DNA from: Tubiluchus corallicola
Lineage: Eukaryota > Animalia > Priapulida
Direction of reading: 5' to 3'
NCBI GenBank assembly: GCA_030141605.1
Contig: JAQGDQ010000019.1
Location: 744,001 to 808,000, forward strand
Length of the DNA: 64,000 bases
A model generated the notes under the pieces. It was not told the origin of the DNA. It ran no database searches and was given only the letters and a program-made list of their open reading frames with translations. This document shows positions 51,866-64,000 of this stretch, piece by piece (the first letter of the stretch is position 1; each line of letters begins with the position of its first letter). Both the position numbers and the translations under genes were made by a program.

Positions 51866-54120
51866 AATATGTAGTGACAGAAAATCTTTGTTTGCTATAC
51901 GCATGAAATGCTTTGCAAATGGTATAGTAACTTATTTATACCACTTCTTGGAAGCTTGAGACCAATTAGGAATGGATTAATTGTCTTATTTAACTTGGAG
52001 CCGCATTATTTTGTTCTTTTTATGAGGAGCGGCATGTAGCACACATAAATACGCCAGAGTTAGTATATTTTGCTCACTTATTCCAAATCCATTTTAAGAT
52101 GTTAGGAGAATCTGCAGGACTAAAATTTGTTTGCAAGTAATGAAATCTGAAACTTAAGGAGTTTATGAAATAAATTTATGGAGTGCAAGTTGCATTAAAT
52201 ATAATGCTTATATTACACCGAGTAAAATTCCACCTGCCATTTTATCAACAGTGTAAAATATATTAGCTATGCCACCAAAGATGACCTGTATTATATCTGT
52301 GTAAAATAGCTCTTTTTATCTGGCTTTAATATATTGCCCCTACTAATCAAGATGTTTTGTGTTGTGCAATTGTTGTACTTTACATTTAGTCAGTCATTGC
52401 ACTATATTAGTAGTTCGAGTTTGTAGAAGGAATGTTTGTAATAAGCCAGCTAAATTTCGTTTGTATGCTGCATGTGTCATAAATGACTTTTTTAGCTTGG
52501 GATTACTATGATTATTTTAAAAAACTTTTTAGACTAAGCATTGTGGTGTGAATTTTGATATCCGTGTAGTCAACACGCTTTGTCATAATTTCCCCCAAAG
52601 ACAGGTTGGTTTGTCTTTCTAAAAATAAATATTAACATTATTGTGAACTTTTTGTTGAATTTGGGTTAGCTGTGGTTCAAGTTGATCCTGTCTGTGTCTA
52701 CTACGATATTGAAAGACGTAAAGAATGGTAATTTAAAAATGTTTTTCTTAATTTTTTATGTTCCTCGATTATTTTCAGTGCTTAGTTTTTAGATACATTT
52801 GTAAAGTTTTTTTAGTTTTTAGATACATTCTGCTTTATCATTTATCAATTAATTAAGTAGAGCTTATTTTTTAGTTTCTTTTGTTGCATTTTTTGGTTAT
52901 AACGGCTTCATTTTCGAGAGATTTGTGTTTGTTATTGGCATGCAGCTCCTATAGTGTCCATTGAAATCAAATGTATGAACAAATTTTTGATTGATGGAAA
53001 TTTGAGTTATGTGGAGTTTACTGTGCGTCGTTTAAACAAGTTTCTTAGATTTGTACATATGTATACTTTAGTTTTTTAATATGCAGTACAGTAAGTGGTA
53101 CACACATTATAGGAATGTTCTGATTTTCAAAGAATAGTAGAGAAATTCAGTAATTTTCTTACTGCACTGTGGGCGAATCGAAGTCCGAAAGAGCTTACTA
53201 TATTGTGCAATTGCTACTTGACCTTAGCATGTCTGACTAGCAGGTATCTATTTGAAAAGCCTTTCGTTCAGTTTAAGACTGAACACAAACTTAGTGCCAC
53301 TCGTGCATAGAGAGAAATTGCGGGACTTGTCCAAAAACTGAGGCAATCATGGGTGCCATGTTCTAATATTAACTCTATGGCCTGTCATGTGGCAAAAACA
53401 GCCCTTGACTGATTCATGAAGTATTGTTCAATATGCAGGCTGCAGTCTCTTTCTGTGCATGCATAACATTTAAATCGATGAGGCTGGGTAACAGAGATTT
53501 TTTAGCTGAATTTAGTAAGATAGAATAGTTAACAGGTGACATTATTATCAGTTCATCATCTGATTACTCTAGCGTCTGCATGGGTACGGAGTTAAAAATC
53601 ATGCATGTATGTTGGTACACTTTTCTTTGTCATGTCTATTAATCTTGAATCTAGTTGTAGATCTTTTTGTAATTACTGTGCAAGATCTCAGCATGTGTAT
53701 AATAATCAGACTTTGTGAACTTGATTTCAAGTTTTTAGTATTCTAACAGTGTAAATAAATGTCTCCATTTTGTGTCAGGTATTTTTAAATACAGTTTGTA
53801 TTTCTTAAATTTAGGTTTTTGTCCTGTAACAGTAAGTGTTGTGTGAACATTAGATGTAATGTAGTCAAAAACCGAGTTTGTAAATAATTTTTGTGCCATC
53901 TAAACATGACAAAAGACGCACTACTGCTCAGACATTAGAATTGCTCTAGAACATTAGATTTATTGAAACTGGTGTTTGATCAGAAATATTTTTTGAATAA
54001 AATTCATACATCAGAATTATATTGCTATTATCTACAATTTCTTTTAGCAAGTTATATAATTTACTACTGTAGTTGATATGCTTTTATATTCGGTTGTGTT
54101 TTCTTTGCTATGTTTCTGGG

Positions 54121-57100
54121 TTACTGGTGGACAAACACTCCGTGCACTTTGGCGCATCCACTAATGTGGAGTACTTTGACCGTATCCATATCCATTCGAT
54201 GTTCGAAGTCGCAAACGTGTTCACCATTTATTGACACCTTGTAACCGGATTCCGTCACAAGGCATGCTAGATCAAATGGTTCTCCAGGGGGTATGGGATC
54301 ACCGCTTCTTTGCTCGTCACCCCATTCCCCATCCTGGAAATGATGTATGTCAGACAGACTGTTACTTCAAAAATTGGTCTGTACTTAGTCTGCTTACACT
54401 GTGAAAACAAATATCTTGCCTTGTTTGAGTCAAAATTTTAACAAAATTATTAGGAAATTCTTAGAAAGTTGTGAATTACTAAGTAAATTACATTTGTAAT
54501 TTGCTAGTTGTACATTTAAGTAAAATACTAATACAATATAGCACCATTATAGCGAACACAGTTTATTGTGAACTGGTAATGCAAACTCACAAAACAGAAC
54601 GAACTTTCAGCATTTATTTGACTGTAGTACAATAGCTTTGAATACTGCTTACTCGGTTATTGAGTATTGCAGACTTTTTGTCGGGCCCAATTGTTTGCAT
54701 TCCTATATACTTAAGTTTTGATTGCATACTTTACCTTTGCCAGTCATTTGCAAATTAATTTACAGTTAAATTATAACCATCATCTTTTGCACTGCAAAAA
54801 CTTATGTATGTAGACTTGTTAACATGTCATGTCAAAAGTCATCTTGTGTACTTCTGTATAAGAACAATGAGTCACTCGGTGGTTTCGCACCTAGTTGTTT
54901 TATGTACGTGCTGTGGCGTTTCACCAAGTGGTTAATCCTATTGTAAAAAAGGAACAAACAGAAAATAGAAACAGAAGACTCACTTTTTTACTCTCGTTGG
55001 CTTTGCTGTACATGTCATGTAAATTTACAAATGTCTAGTAGTCGTACACATGATTAAGGTCGTATGCTTATAGAGTAATTCGGTTATAGGATACTTTTTT
55101 CTGGGTCCCTAACAGGTTCGCTATGATGATGTTATATAATGTACTACTAAACATGAAAGACAATACGTGTGTCCTATTCCAGATCTGGGAAAAACGTATT
55201 GGATACTGGATTGATTGAGCAATAATATGGCCTTTCTTATGTTACTTACTTTTTGCTGAGCAAAGAGACAGCTGTGTGTCTAATACCTGAAGCTCTGCTA
55301 CGCAGACTTAAACTAATAACAGTGACTGAGAGAAAAGGGTAACTTGCTGATAAGAAAAGCTACAAGTTCACGCATGTACAACCTACAAAACTGTCGTAAT
55401 CGTACCGTTTTCGAGTTTCTTACGTAGCAACATTTTTGCACATGATTAGCAAAAGTAAAGGCAATGTTATCATCGCCTGTCCCAGGATTGGCCTGCAGTC
55501 TCATCACCCATCTAAAATTACAAAAATGTTATTGTGTTTCATATACTTTTTACTTTGTTAGAACATGAACATTAGAAAAGTTTTATGGCATGCATTGAAT
55601 CCACTCAGTACAATGTTACTTTATTCAGTAATTAAGAGCAAAATCTCGAAAGTGTAAGTATAATACTAAAGTATATACCTTGCCGAATCATCTGTTGTTT
55701 CTCCATCAATTTGTATGAGTGTCCCAGGCTTCAACTCCTGTGGTAATGCACCATCATACGGTAGTTTCTGCAACAAAAGTGTTATAATTAATTGGCTAAT
55801 CTGCTCTATGCCGATCAGCAGTGCATGCTGTGTTCCAAAATTTGAAAGATCATATTCCACAGAGACATTCTATTTGACAGATGATGCAGCTGCTGTAAGA
55901 TCTTGCTCAAGTCTATAATGCTTTCACATACAGAGCAGCAATTTAGTGCTAGAAAATACGATCAATTCTGCTCATTTTGCATCTTTGGGGACTGAACAAA
56001 ACTCTGCAAGGTAGTGAAATAGTAATTATGCAATCATGTACAGTACAGCTATATGCATTCGAGTGCATTTAGTGGCATAACTAATACTGGAGCAACCGCT
56101 CCCCTGAGCACATTTCTCAAAATTGGCAGCCTTTCAACAATTAATATAACAAATTTCAACATGTTTTTATTGTTTTGAGTTTGATGAGTTTACTGTAAAA
56201 CTTTTTATTGTTTTTATTTTAAATACAAAATAACAATTATGTATCTCTAAAGCTGTGTAATCAATGTGTTAAAAATTGTTTGGTATGTGTCATGACGCCT
56301 TTTTAGAACTGTCTTTACAACTACGGTGCCCCCTATCTTTAGAACTTGACTATGTCCCTGAGGGATTTGCACATAAGGCCTGATATGCAAAATAGAAAAC
56401 CAGAGTTAACCAAATGGTTGCAAAGCAGAGTTGACCATAAGTACACCACATTGCGAGGTGAGCTATTGACAGAGTGCAAGAGTTTTAAATTTCATACATT
56501 GCCACTTTGGTTTGAAAACAATAGAGTGCTCCATCACACTTCATCGCAAGCTTTAAATTTGAGTAAATTTCGTTTTTCTGGGGATTTCCTAAATGTGATG
56601 AGATATCTCTGCTAGTTCAGTGATTCATCTTACGTGGTTACCCTTGATAATGAGCCAGGTTCGAGTCACACCACAAACTACTTGTTGAGTTGGCCCTGCT
56701 TTTGAGTGCTGGATTCCAGCTTGCAGTGTGCTCTTGTACTTTTTTTGTGCTCACAGTTCTCTGTTTAACTGCCGTTACGTTTATTTGATGATTGTGTTAC
56801 GTAAATTGCAAAATCCGAAAATATATTTTACACTCACCACTCCACTAATAGCTGCTCTGGCCCCAACAGAAAAGCTTTCATTTATCTCTGATTCGTACTC
56901 TTCTGGAAGGAGCTGTAAATGAAAGGAATAATTGTTAAGACTAACATTTGGTAGATTCAACACCATGCAACTAACCAGTGATATAGTAGTTTGTGCTCAC
57001 AACTCGAGCCAGAGTCAGACTCTTACTTACCCAAGTGAAGTCCAATGCCGAGTTCAAATCTTTGCTCTGCTAATTCAAAATAAAACCTAGCTCATAGACA

Positions 57101-60100
57101 GCACAGAACAAGCCTATTTCTATTAAGCTAATATAATGTAAGAAGCCGTTAACTTTTTAACTTCGGTTTTTACTGTACAAAATTCACTGCATATGTAAAT
57201 TATTAATGTTTTTAACACCATTGGAGGCAACTTATAGGGGTTTGGAGTAATAAAACCACGAGAGCGGTGAATATTAATCAGTGGAGGTAGATACAGATTT
57301 TGTAAAAAGAGGTCCCTTGGTAACTGTGAGTTATATGGCAAAAGAGTATATGGTATACTCGTGGGAATTGTTGCTGAAACAATAGCGCAGCATCTCTTTA
57401 TTTTATATAAGAATTTAAAATCTAGCTGCATTCATTTACTATTACCATTTATGGATATGTTAAAAAGGTGCTTTGATATCTTCCAGTGGTTAAATCTGCC
57501 AAATGGCAATTGGAAGACCCTCAATTAGGCATTTTCATGTTTTTCTATGTTAGTTCCAATAGTAATTTCTTCCGAAAACACATACCTTAGTACCTTCCAC
57601 GCTGACATTTGTAACAAAATTATTATCCTGCACCTTGATGCAGCGTGCTGTATCGATTGGCTTACGGTGTTCAAAGTCAAAAACATGCTCACCATTTAGT
57701 GCAACCTAAAGAAAAATTAATGTAATATATTCTGCATTCTACAATTGCTTAGTCTGTAAAATAAAAGTATATGTGTGCTGTACTGCTGTAATTTACATTT
57801 CACTTCAAGCAAGCAAGTTGGTTAAGTTTGCCATTTTGTTTCGCAGTTTACTCTCTTTGACGTGTCTGTGTAACTATTCCGTTTTTGAATTGTTACCTTA
57901 TATTTATCAGGTAATACCCGGATGGTGATTTCATAACTTCGGTTTAGCTTCAGTGGATTTCCGTCCTTTCTCAATTCTTCGCCCCAATCTCCATCTGTCT
58001 TGGTGTTGAATGTAACACAGTCCGTACTGAACCTTGTACCAACAGAGAGTAGGACATCATCATGGTCCTCACCAGTTATGCGAAACCAGGCTCTGTGAAA
58101 CAAAGAAGCATTGTGCAACCCTCTGTTTCAAAGCACACATTAAATAAATTTTACAATTTACACACTTTTCGCACACTCTGTAGCACATGTACAGCTCTTA
58201 ATATGCTCGTCCATTATTGCTCTTGGACCTTGTGGTGCAACAGAAAGTTGAGTAACAAAGCTTTTTCAACAAAATTAGTGTAGCCAATCTGTTTGCTTAA
58301 AAGAATTTATTAAATTCAGCAAAAAATTGTATTGCAAAAAGCAAAGCAATTACGTTTTCTCAGACTTCATACTTAACAATGACTATAAAATCAACAAAAT
58401 ACTGTAATTTAAGATGTTGTTGATTGTTTGGCTTATTACACCAACTATAATACTGCAGATCTTAAAAAGTTGGGTCAGGCTTGATTAAAGTGGAAATTAT
58501 TAAATGACAATTTCACTTGTTTTTACGACTTAGCATACCCCTATTCACTTTTTAGTCATTGGCCTGCCCACATATCATAGGATCCAAGCCTAGTAAAACC
58601 AAAGGAAAATATCCATCTTTCTGTGCCAAGTGCACTTATTAGCTTTTTGGTTTAACTAGAATAATTAGCAGAATTCCCTTGTTGTGGCTATCATTCCCAA
58701 TATAGAAGAGTATTGCTGCATTTGCGGTAAAAATTATTGATGTTAAGAGGCTAAAATGTTAGTGATGCTATAACATGAAGTTTACTAATGATTGTGTACT
58801 TTGTACAAGAGAATAGGCATATGCAACATCATTATTATAGCAGTGCAAAATTAAATGAACATCAAAATTGTTCTCCAAAAAGCCAAGACAAATACTGTGT
58901 ATAAATTCAAGTCCTATATGTGCTTAATGCATAGTAATGTACAGCTATGCAAAATCAAACACGTGCAAACACAACTCATTTCATTCGCACAATTTCTTTC
59001 ATTCTCAAGTAAGCTATGTAAACAGATTAATATGTCATATTGGACCAATTCCTTAGCACAAAGCGTCAACCTGGCTATGTTTTATTAAATTGTTATTTGG
59101 TAACTAGGATACCCAGCATGTTTAGTTTACATTAGCTTTACTATGTTTATATGTAAATAGAAGTCAAAATGTACACAGGAGGTGAAACGCATAAAAAATG
59201 TTTTACTATGTCCACTTAAATTATATACACTATAAGTATTTTATTTGTATAAGCATAATAAAAATTCCTATGCTTACATACGTCCAACTTTATTACGTTT
59301 AACATACACCTATGTAGTATTACTAGTTTATACTTATACTAGTAGCTTAGAAACTGACCCAGTGATCAAGCTGTAGCAAGCTTACATTAACTGTTAAGTT
59401 CACTTGCAAATCATGTGAATATATAGTTATTTTTCTGGATCAAACAGATACTCTTTCTACGCACTTTCAATTATTACGTTATTCTTCATAGTTCTATGTT
59501 TTTCCATTGCTTTTTCTGCTGTAAATGGAGCATTATTCCGGTTTCCTGAAATATATGCATGGCTTCCCTCCTAATATTTTAGTACACAAGTGTTAATGCA
59601 CCTTGTGAAAACAACCTTCCCAGCTCCACTGACACAGTCTCGGCATGATGCATACCACTGCACCCCATACAACAAAAGTGACTGCATGCTACAATGCATG
59701 TCAGTTTGCTATACCTAACATAATCACTAGTAACTAAAAAGACATCTGCTAGATAAGGAATCATATCTCATGAACAAACAGGTGAGAGAATTTCATACCT
59801 ATCAATCCCATCAGGTGTGACACCTTGAATGGTAATGACGTTTCCAGCTTTCAGGCAGTCCCTAAAATGAACATTATTAATTTTTATCAGAGTTGTAAAC
59901 ACAAACAATTTGTCAATACCACTCCTGTTACAGATGTAATTACAAAAGGACCTGGCTAATGCATCTCTAGATTTGAGTAGAAATCTCCTCAAAGACTAAT
60001 AGGATTGCTTAAATGTATCAACTTGAATGAGTACGTACTTCGACATTTAATGCATCACCAATCATTAATCATAAGGAATTACACAATTTTAACAACAACT

Positions 60101-60352
60101 TTTATTTGCAAAAGTTAATTTATTTTTTCTAGAATACATGTAAAAGCAAACTTAAATCTATTGCATATACTAATACACCCAAATCAGACATTACTTACAT
60201 TAAACACCATAATAAATTAGTGACTTTGATGGGTAAGTTTAGAAGTGAAAACAACTCAAACCTATTTTTGGTACTATGAACCCTGAAAAAGCACTATGAA
60301 AAATGATCAGATATTTTATTTACCCCGGTATTGGAAAACACACTTCAGGCAT
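54121..60352 (-). CDS. Tandem-repeat (two-CRD) galectin-like protein
   Basis: Exons 60352-60324, 59861-59799, 58092-57897, 57705-57586, [candidate linker exons 57069-57031 and 56912-56838], 55767-55679, 55511-55406, 54333-54121; 271 aa without and 309 aa with the linker exons. Galectin motifs in both halves: LKAGNVITIQG / LKPGTLIQIDG, FNTKTDGDWGEELR / RNSKTDGEWGDEQR, YKVALNGEHVFDFEHR / YKVSINGEHVCDFEHR. No signal peptide; in-frame TAA upstream of the ATG; probable 5'UTR exon ending at 60709. Confidence 0.9.
56070..56360. mobile_element. hAT-like MITE (copy 2, same family as 45406-45709)
   Basis: Shares GGAGCAACCRCTCCCC, CAAAATTGGCA..TTTCAACAAT and CCCCTA..TTTAGAAC with copy 1. Confidence 0.6.
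56611..56680 (+). mobile_element. tRNA-derived SINE head remnant
   Basis: A-box-like TAGTTCAGTG and B-box GGTTCGAGTC at tRNA-like spacing; no complete cloverleaf. Confidence 0.35.
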
Positions 60353-62272
60353 CACGTCAGTTATTTGAGCACAATGCGGTTAAAAGTATAGGAAATGTAA
60401 TGTCGGATTTGGCCTCCAGAACTCGACTTCACTGGAACACCCCAACAACCAAAAGAGCGATTAAATAACACACCCATGTATTAATACTGCTATCAGTGTG
60501 TTTACATCTATAACTGTATTTACATTCCAAACCAAAATGCAATATGTCAAAAGGGGTCTGTATTGTTCGAATCATTCGCTTCTAGTGAGATACGCAAAAC
60601 AACGTAAAGCAGTTAACTAAAGCTCAACTGCCCTAAACATCTTCTTCGATGCTACCAATCTACTAATGAAAACAAAAGTACGGCAATTAAACAAAGAATT
60701 CTCATTACCTGCAAGTACACCCCGGTAATATCAAATAATATAATCCATGGACCCAAGTCCACAGGCCTTGGCTAACTAGTCACGTAACTAGCGAGCTGAC
60801 CAACTTGGTTGAAAGATCAACAAAACTAATTACTTTATTCCTCACGATATCGGTCAACATGCCCAGGTAATAACTTGTAGATGAGAGTTGCAAGTCAGGA
60901 AAACTAGACAAATTAAAACAGATTGGAAATTTTGATTGTAATGATGAAAACAAAATCAATTACAGCGAGAAAAGAAAGCATTAAGAAACTAAGCTAAAAC
61001 GAAAAGCCAAAGACACAAATACACCATTATTAATCATTTAATAAACCATGATAGCATACGAACATCTACAATTTGCCGCACAACATCTGACTGGTCATCC
61101 GTTTCACTTTTCATAATTACATTGTGTTTTAAATAGTGAACTCTCACAACCTATTTCGTTAACTCACTCTTGCAAACTGCTCCAAAAGTAACGAATATAA
61201 CTGCAGAAAGCCAAAGTGCCAATAAGACACTCAAAATAATAGTATTTGCACAAGTTAAAAATAATACACATGAGTAAAAATAAAAGAAATGCAGTATACA
61301 AAAAATGTTACTGCTTAAAAGTTAAAAACAATGAAAAAATTGAAGCAAAACAAATTGTGTTCGCAGAAACATTTTGCCAAAAAAGCACAATTCATCTTAA
61401 ATCGTGTATAATCTCAAAAAGAGACACTTGTTACACTAAAAATGACAGCAACATGGTCATTGTGGACCAACAGTTACAATAATTCAGTACATTCATTGAG
61501 TACAAGTATATTTTCTATCTACTCTCTATTGTAAAATTTTATATATTGAAATAGAAAAAAAATCAATTTCATGCGCGAGACTAGCTCGTTTGCAGTCGAG
61601 TATGGCACATTGAACGTTCTAGCTCGGTTACTTTATAATACAGTGAAATTACTGACAGCAGTGACAAAAGCATGTATAATGTAGCAAATTTGTTAGAATT
61701 AAGTTTCACAGGATGATGCCACTTTTTAATTGTTTGTAATTTACAGTACCAAAGCTAATTCCAATGTGAATCAAACCCTTTTGCAAAATCAATTGATTTT
61801 TGTAGACAGACAGTTTACTACACATATCATGAGAACTTCAAAATTACAAACAAACTGTACAAAATGTACAAGTGCACAGGCAAAAATTCGTTAAGACATG
61901 TTTCAATCATTATTTGAATGACCTTTTCCTACTAAGAGTCTCCTTTAATTTCACTGACATACAGCAAACAAAATAAATTTCACAATCCCAATCCTAGTTA
62001 AAGTTCGGAAGACCTACGTCAGAACTGTTAAAATTCACGACGAATAAGCTGAGAAAATATAGTGGAAAAGGCCATAAAGACCGTCGAATAAAAATGATTT
62101 TTCCAATAAGTAAAGTGCATGATGAAAACTTCAGAATAAACTTAATTCACAACAGTTACACACAAAGGAATGAGTAAAGAGATGACTGTTGACAACTATA
62201 ATTTACATAGCACAATATAAATTCACAGAAAACTGTTCAATAAATCTATATACAAATACATACAAGTAAATA

Positions 62273-62326
62273 ACGCATGGACAGAGAGAAACTTTTTCCC
62301 CAATTAATCAAGGCTCATCAGGCGTA
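62273..62326 (-). ncRNA. Degenerate hammerhead ribozyme motif
   Basis: Minus strand ACGC-CTGATGA-GCC-TTGATTAATT-GGG-GAAA-AAG-TTTCTCT-CTG-TC-CATGCGT; two substitutions from a fully paired stem II/III. Confidence 0.4.
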
Positions 62327-64000
62327 AATGCAATTTTTAAATCATTGAGAATAAATTATGTGTAAAAATTTGCAGACTATAATTGCAAGGGGCTCCACAT
62401 TCACTTCTTTTGAGTAAAAATGCTCGACAAGAGCCAAAGAAAGAAATTTATGCTGGTGAGAAAGTTACTTGAATAAAATATGATCCTCTGTAGGAAAAAA
62501 TATTAAAAACTTAAAAGAATCATTAAAATTATGCTATAAAATTTTCTTAATCAATGATCATTTTATTAAAACAACACTTTGGCTTTGAGTCTACTAACAA
62601 CAGCAACTGTCATCAAAAATAAGAAGGTTATAAACTAGCTTAGATCATGTTGTCAGTTTTTATTTTAAGAAAACTAAATGGCTGGCATGGTTTTGGGATT
62701 AAAATTAATAAACTGAAACAATAATGTACATAATTTAGGCTGCTATCACAAAAAAATACAGCAGTTCATAGAAAGTTGGACATATCATTTGCATCATAAT
62801 TATCTTTTTGACAGTAATTATACTAAGAAATTATCACTGCAAGACAATACACGTAAATCTACATGTAGCACAACTTTAATTGCAAAAGAGAGCTAAGGCA
62901 AATATGCTATGCTCCTAAACTCTTGCTTGTTATTCGCAAATTCAAAAAAAAGAGAAGACAAACGGGACATAGTGTCAATTAACACTAGCCGTCGAATCAA
63001 AAAGATCACGCACACATGAGCAATTATTAGAAAAAGACAAGTGAAAATCCTCGCTTAGTAAATACATCATAAATCAGGCACTACATGAAGCACCATGAAC
63101 ATGCATTATAACCAAAAAACAAATGTTATCCAGTCTTAGTAAGGAAGAGGACATTGACACGAGTAACACAAGAAAAGTTAAATGTGGAAGTCTGCAGAAA
63201 GTCATGAAAGTAATGGGCCAAAAATCTGGCAGTCACAATGGTTTGTGATAGAAAAAAGCAAAAATTTTTTCAGCTTGGCCCCAGATTGTTCAACGTCAAT
63301 TTAATTTCTGAATTATATTGCAACTCACAAATTACCGCTACTGGTAAGACATTAGAACTGTTATCTCTCTATCCAAAATCTTACAATTACAACAGTTTAC
63401 AGAAGACACTTGTCCAAAATCCATTGTCAGCACAAAGTAAATTTGTGGGTAGGCCATGCAGCAGTTTTTAGGTACTGTTTTCTAAACCACACTAGTATGC
63501 TCAGACACTGTACTTTTGCTGGTCTTTTGATGTGTTGACGAATGAAGGATATGACATCACAAATGTTAATACTCTTGTGTTTCTTTATGTATGCACCATT
63601 ACCGCCTGTTTAGTTCCATTTTTAGAGCTGCAAGAAATATTATAAAAATACAAAAATGAACATCAACAACATGAATCCATATAAGAGAAACAGTTAAATG
63701 CAGCAGGAACAGAAACTATTAAAGCGGGAGACATATCCAGAAAAAACTGTTGTAACCTGGTTTGACATTTGTAAAACAGCTAACACAAAAGTTAGAGCAT
63801 AGTTATGCATAAAAACCTTAAAACACAAACAAAAAACACAATTGCACAATTCCTAAGATTCATGAAAACGAATACTTGGATTTTAAAAAATTAAAAGTTA
63901 TTAAAGATTAATGAGCTGTAGGCGTGAAATGTAATAAAACTAGATCTGAAACAGTAGATAACAGGGTAATACGCTAAATAGTTGCCACTCACCATCAATA

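Noticed and set aside
61000-64000. Strand-skewed AT-rich stretch with short ORFs
   Set aside because: May be the 3'UTR or intron of a gene beyond the window, but no exon or domain can be supported.

Overview
AT-rich, intron-rich genomic DNA from an invertebrate animal (GT-AG introns, standard code; species cannot be determined from sequence). Most ORFs in the six-frame track are spurious or single exons, so I assembled genes by hand from splice sites and reading-frame phases. In order, the window contains: (1) two tandem + strand paralogous genes for secreted proteins, each with a divergent Cys-rich TSP1-like C-terminal domain but unrelated low-complexity N-termini, with a disabled Kunitz exon between them; (2) MED17 on the - strand (13 coding exons, 638 aa) head-to-head with LBR/delta14-sterol reductase on the + strand (12 coding exons, 596 aa), sharing a short CCAAT/E2F-type bidirectional promoter; (3) a - strand tandem-repeat galectin whose two CRDs both lack the HxNxR sugar-binding motif, converging on the LBR 3' end. 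Introns carry two LINE fragments, an LTR with a tRNA-His primer site, a 9-bp-TSD Mutator-like element, several MITEs and decayed Penelope-type hammerhead motifs. The most notable candidates are the TSP1-like precursor pair and a ~1 kb inverted repeat flanking a stop-free, frame-preserving 399-nt LBR exon block (possible circRNA). No database searches were run, so novelty is unverified.
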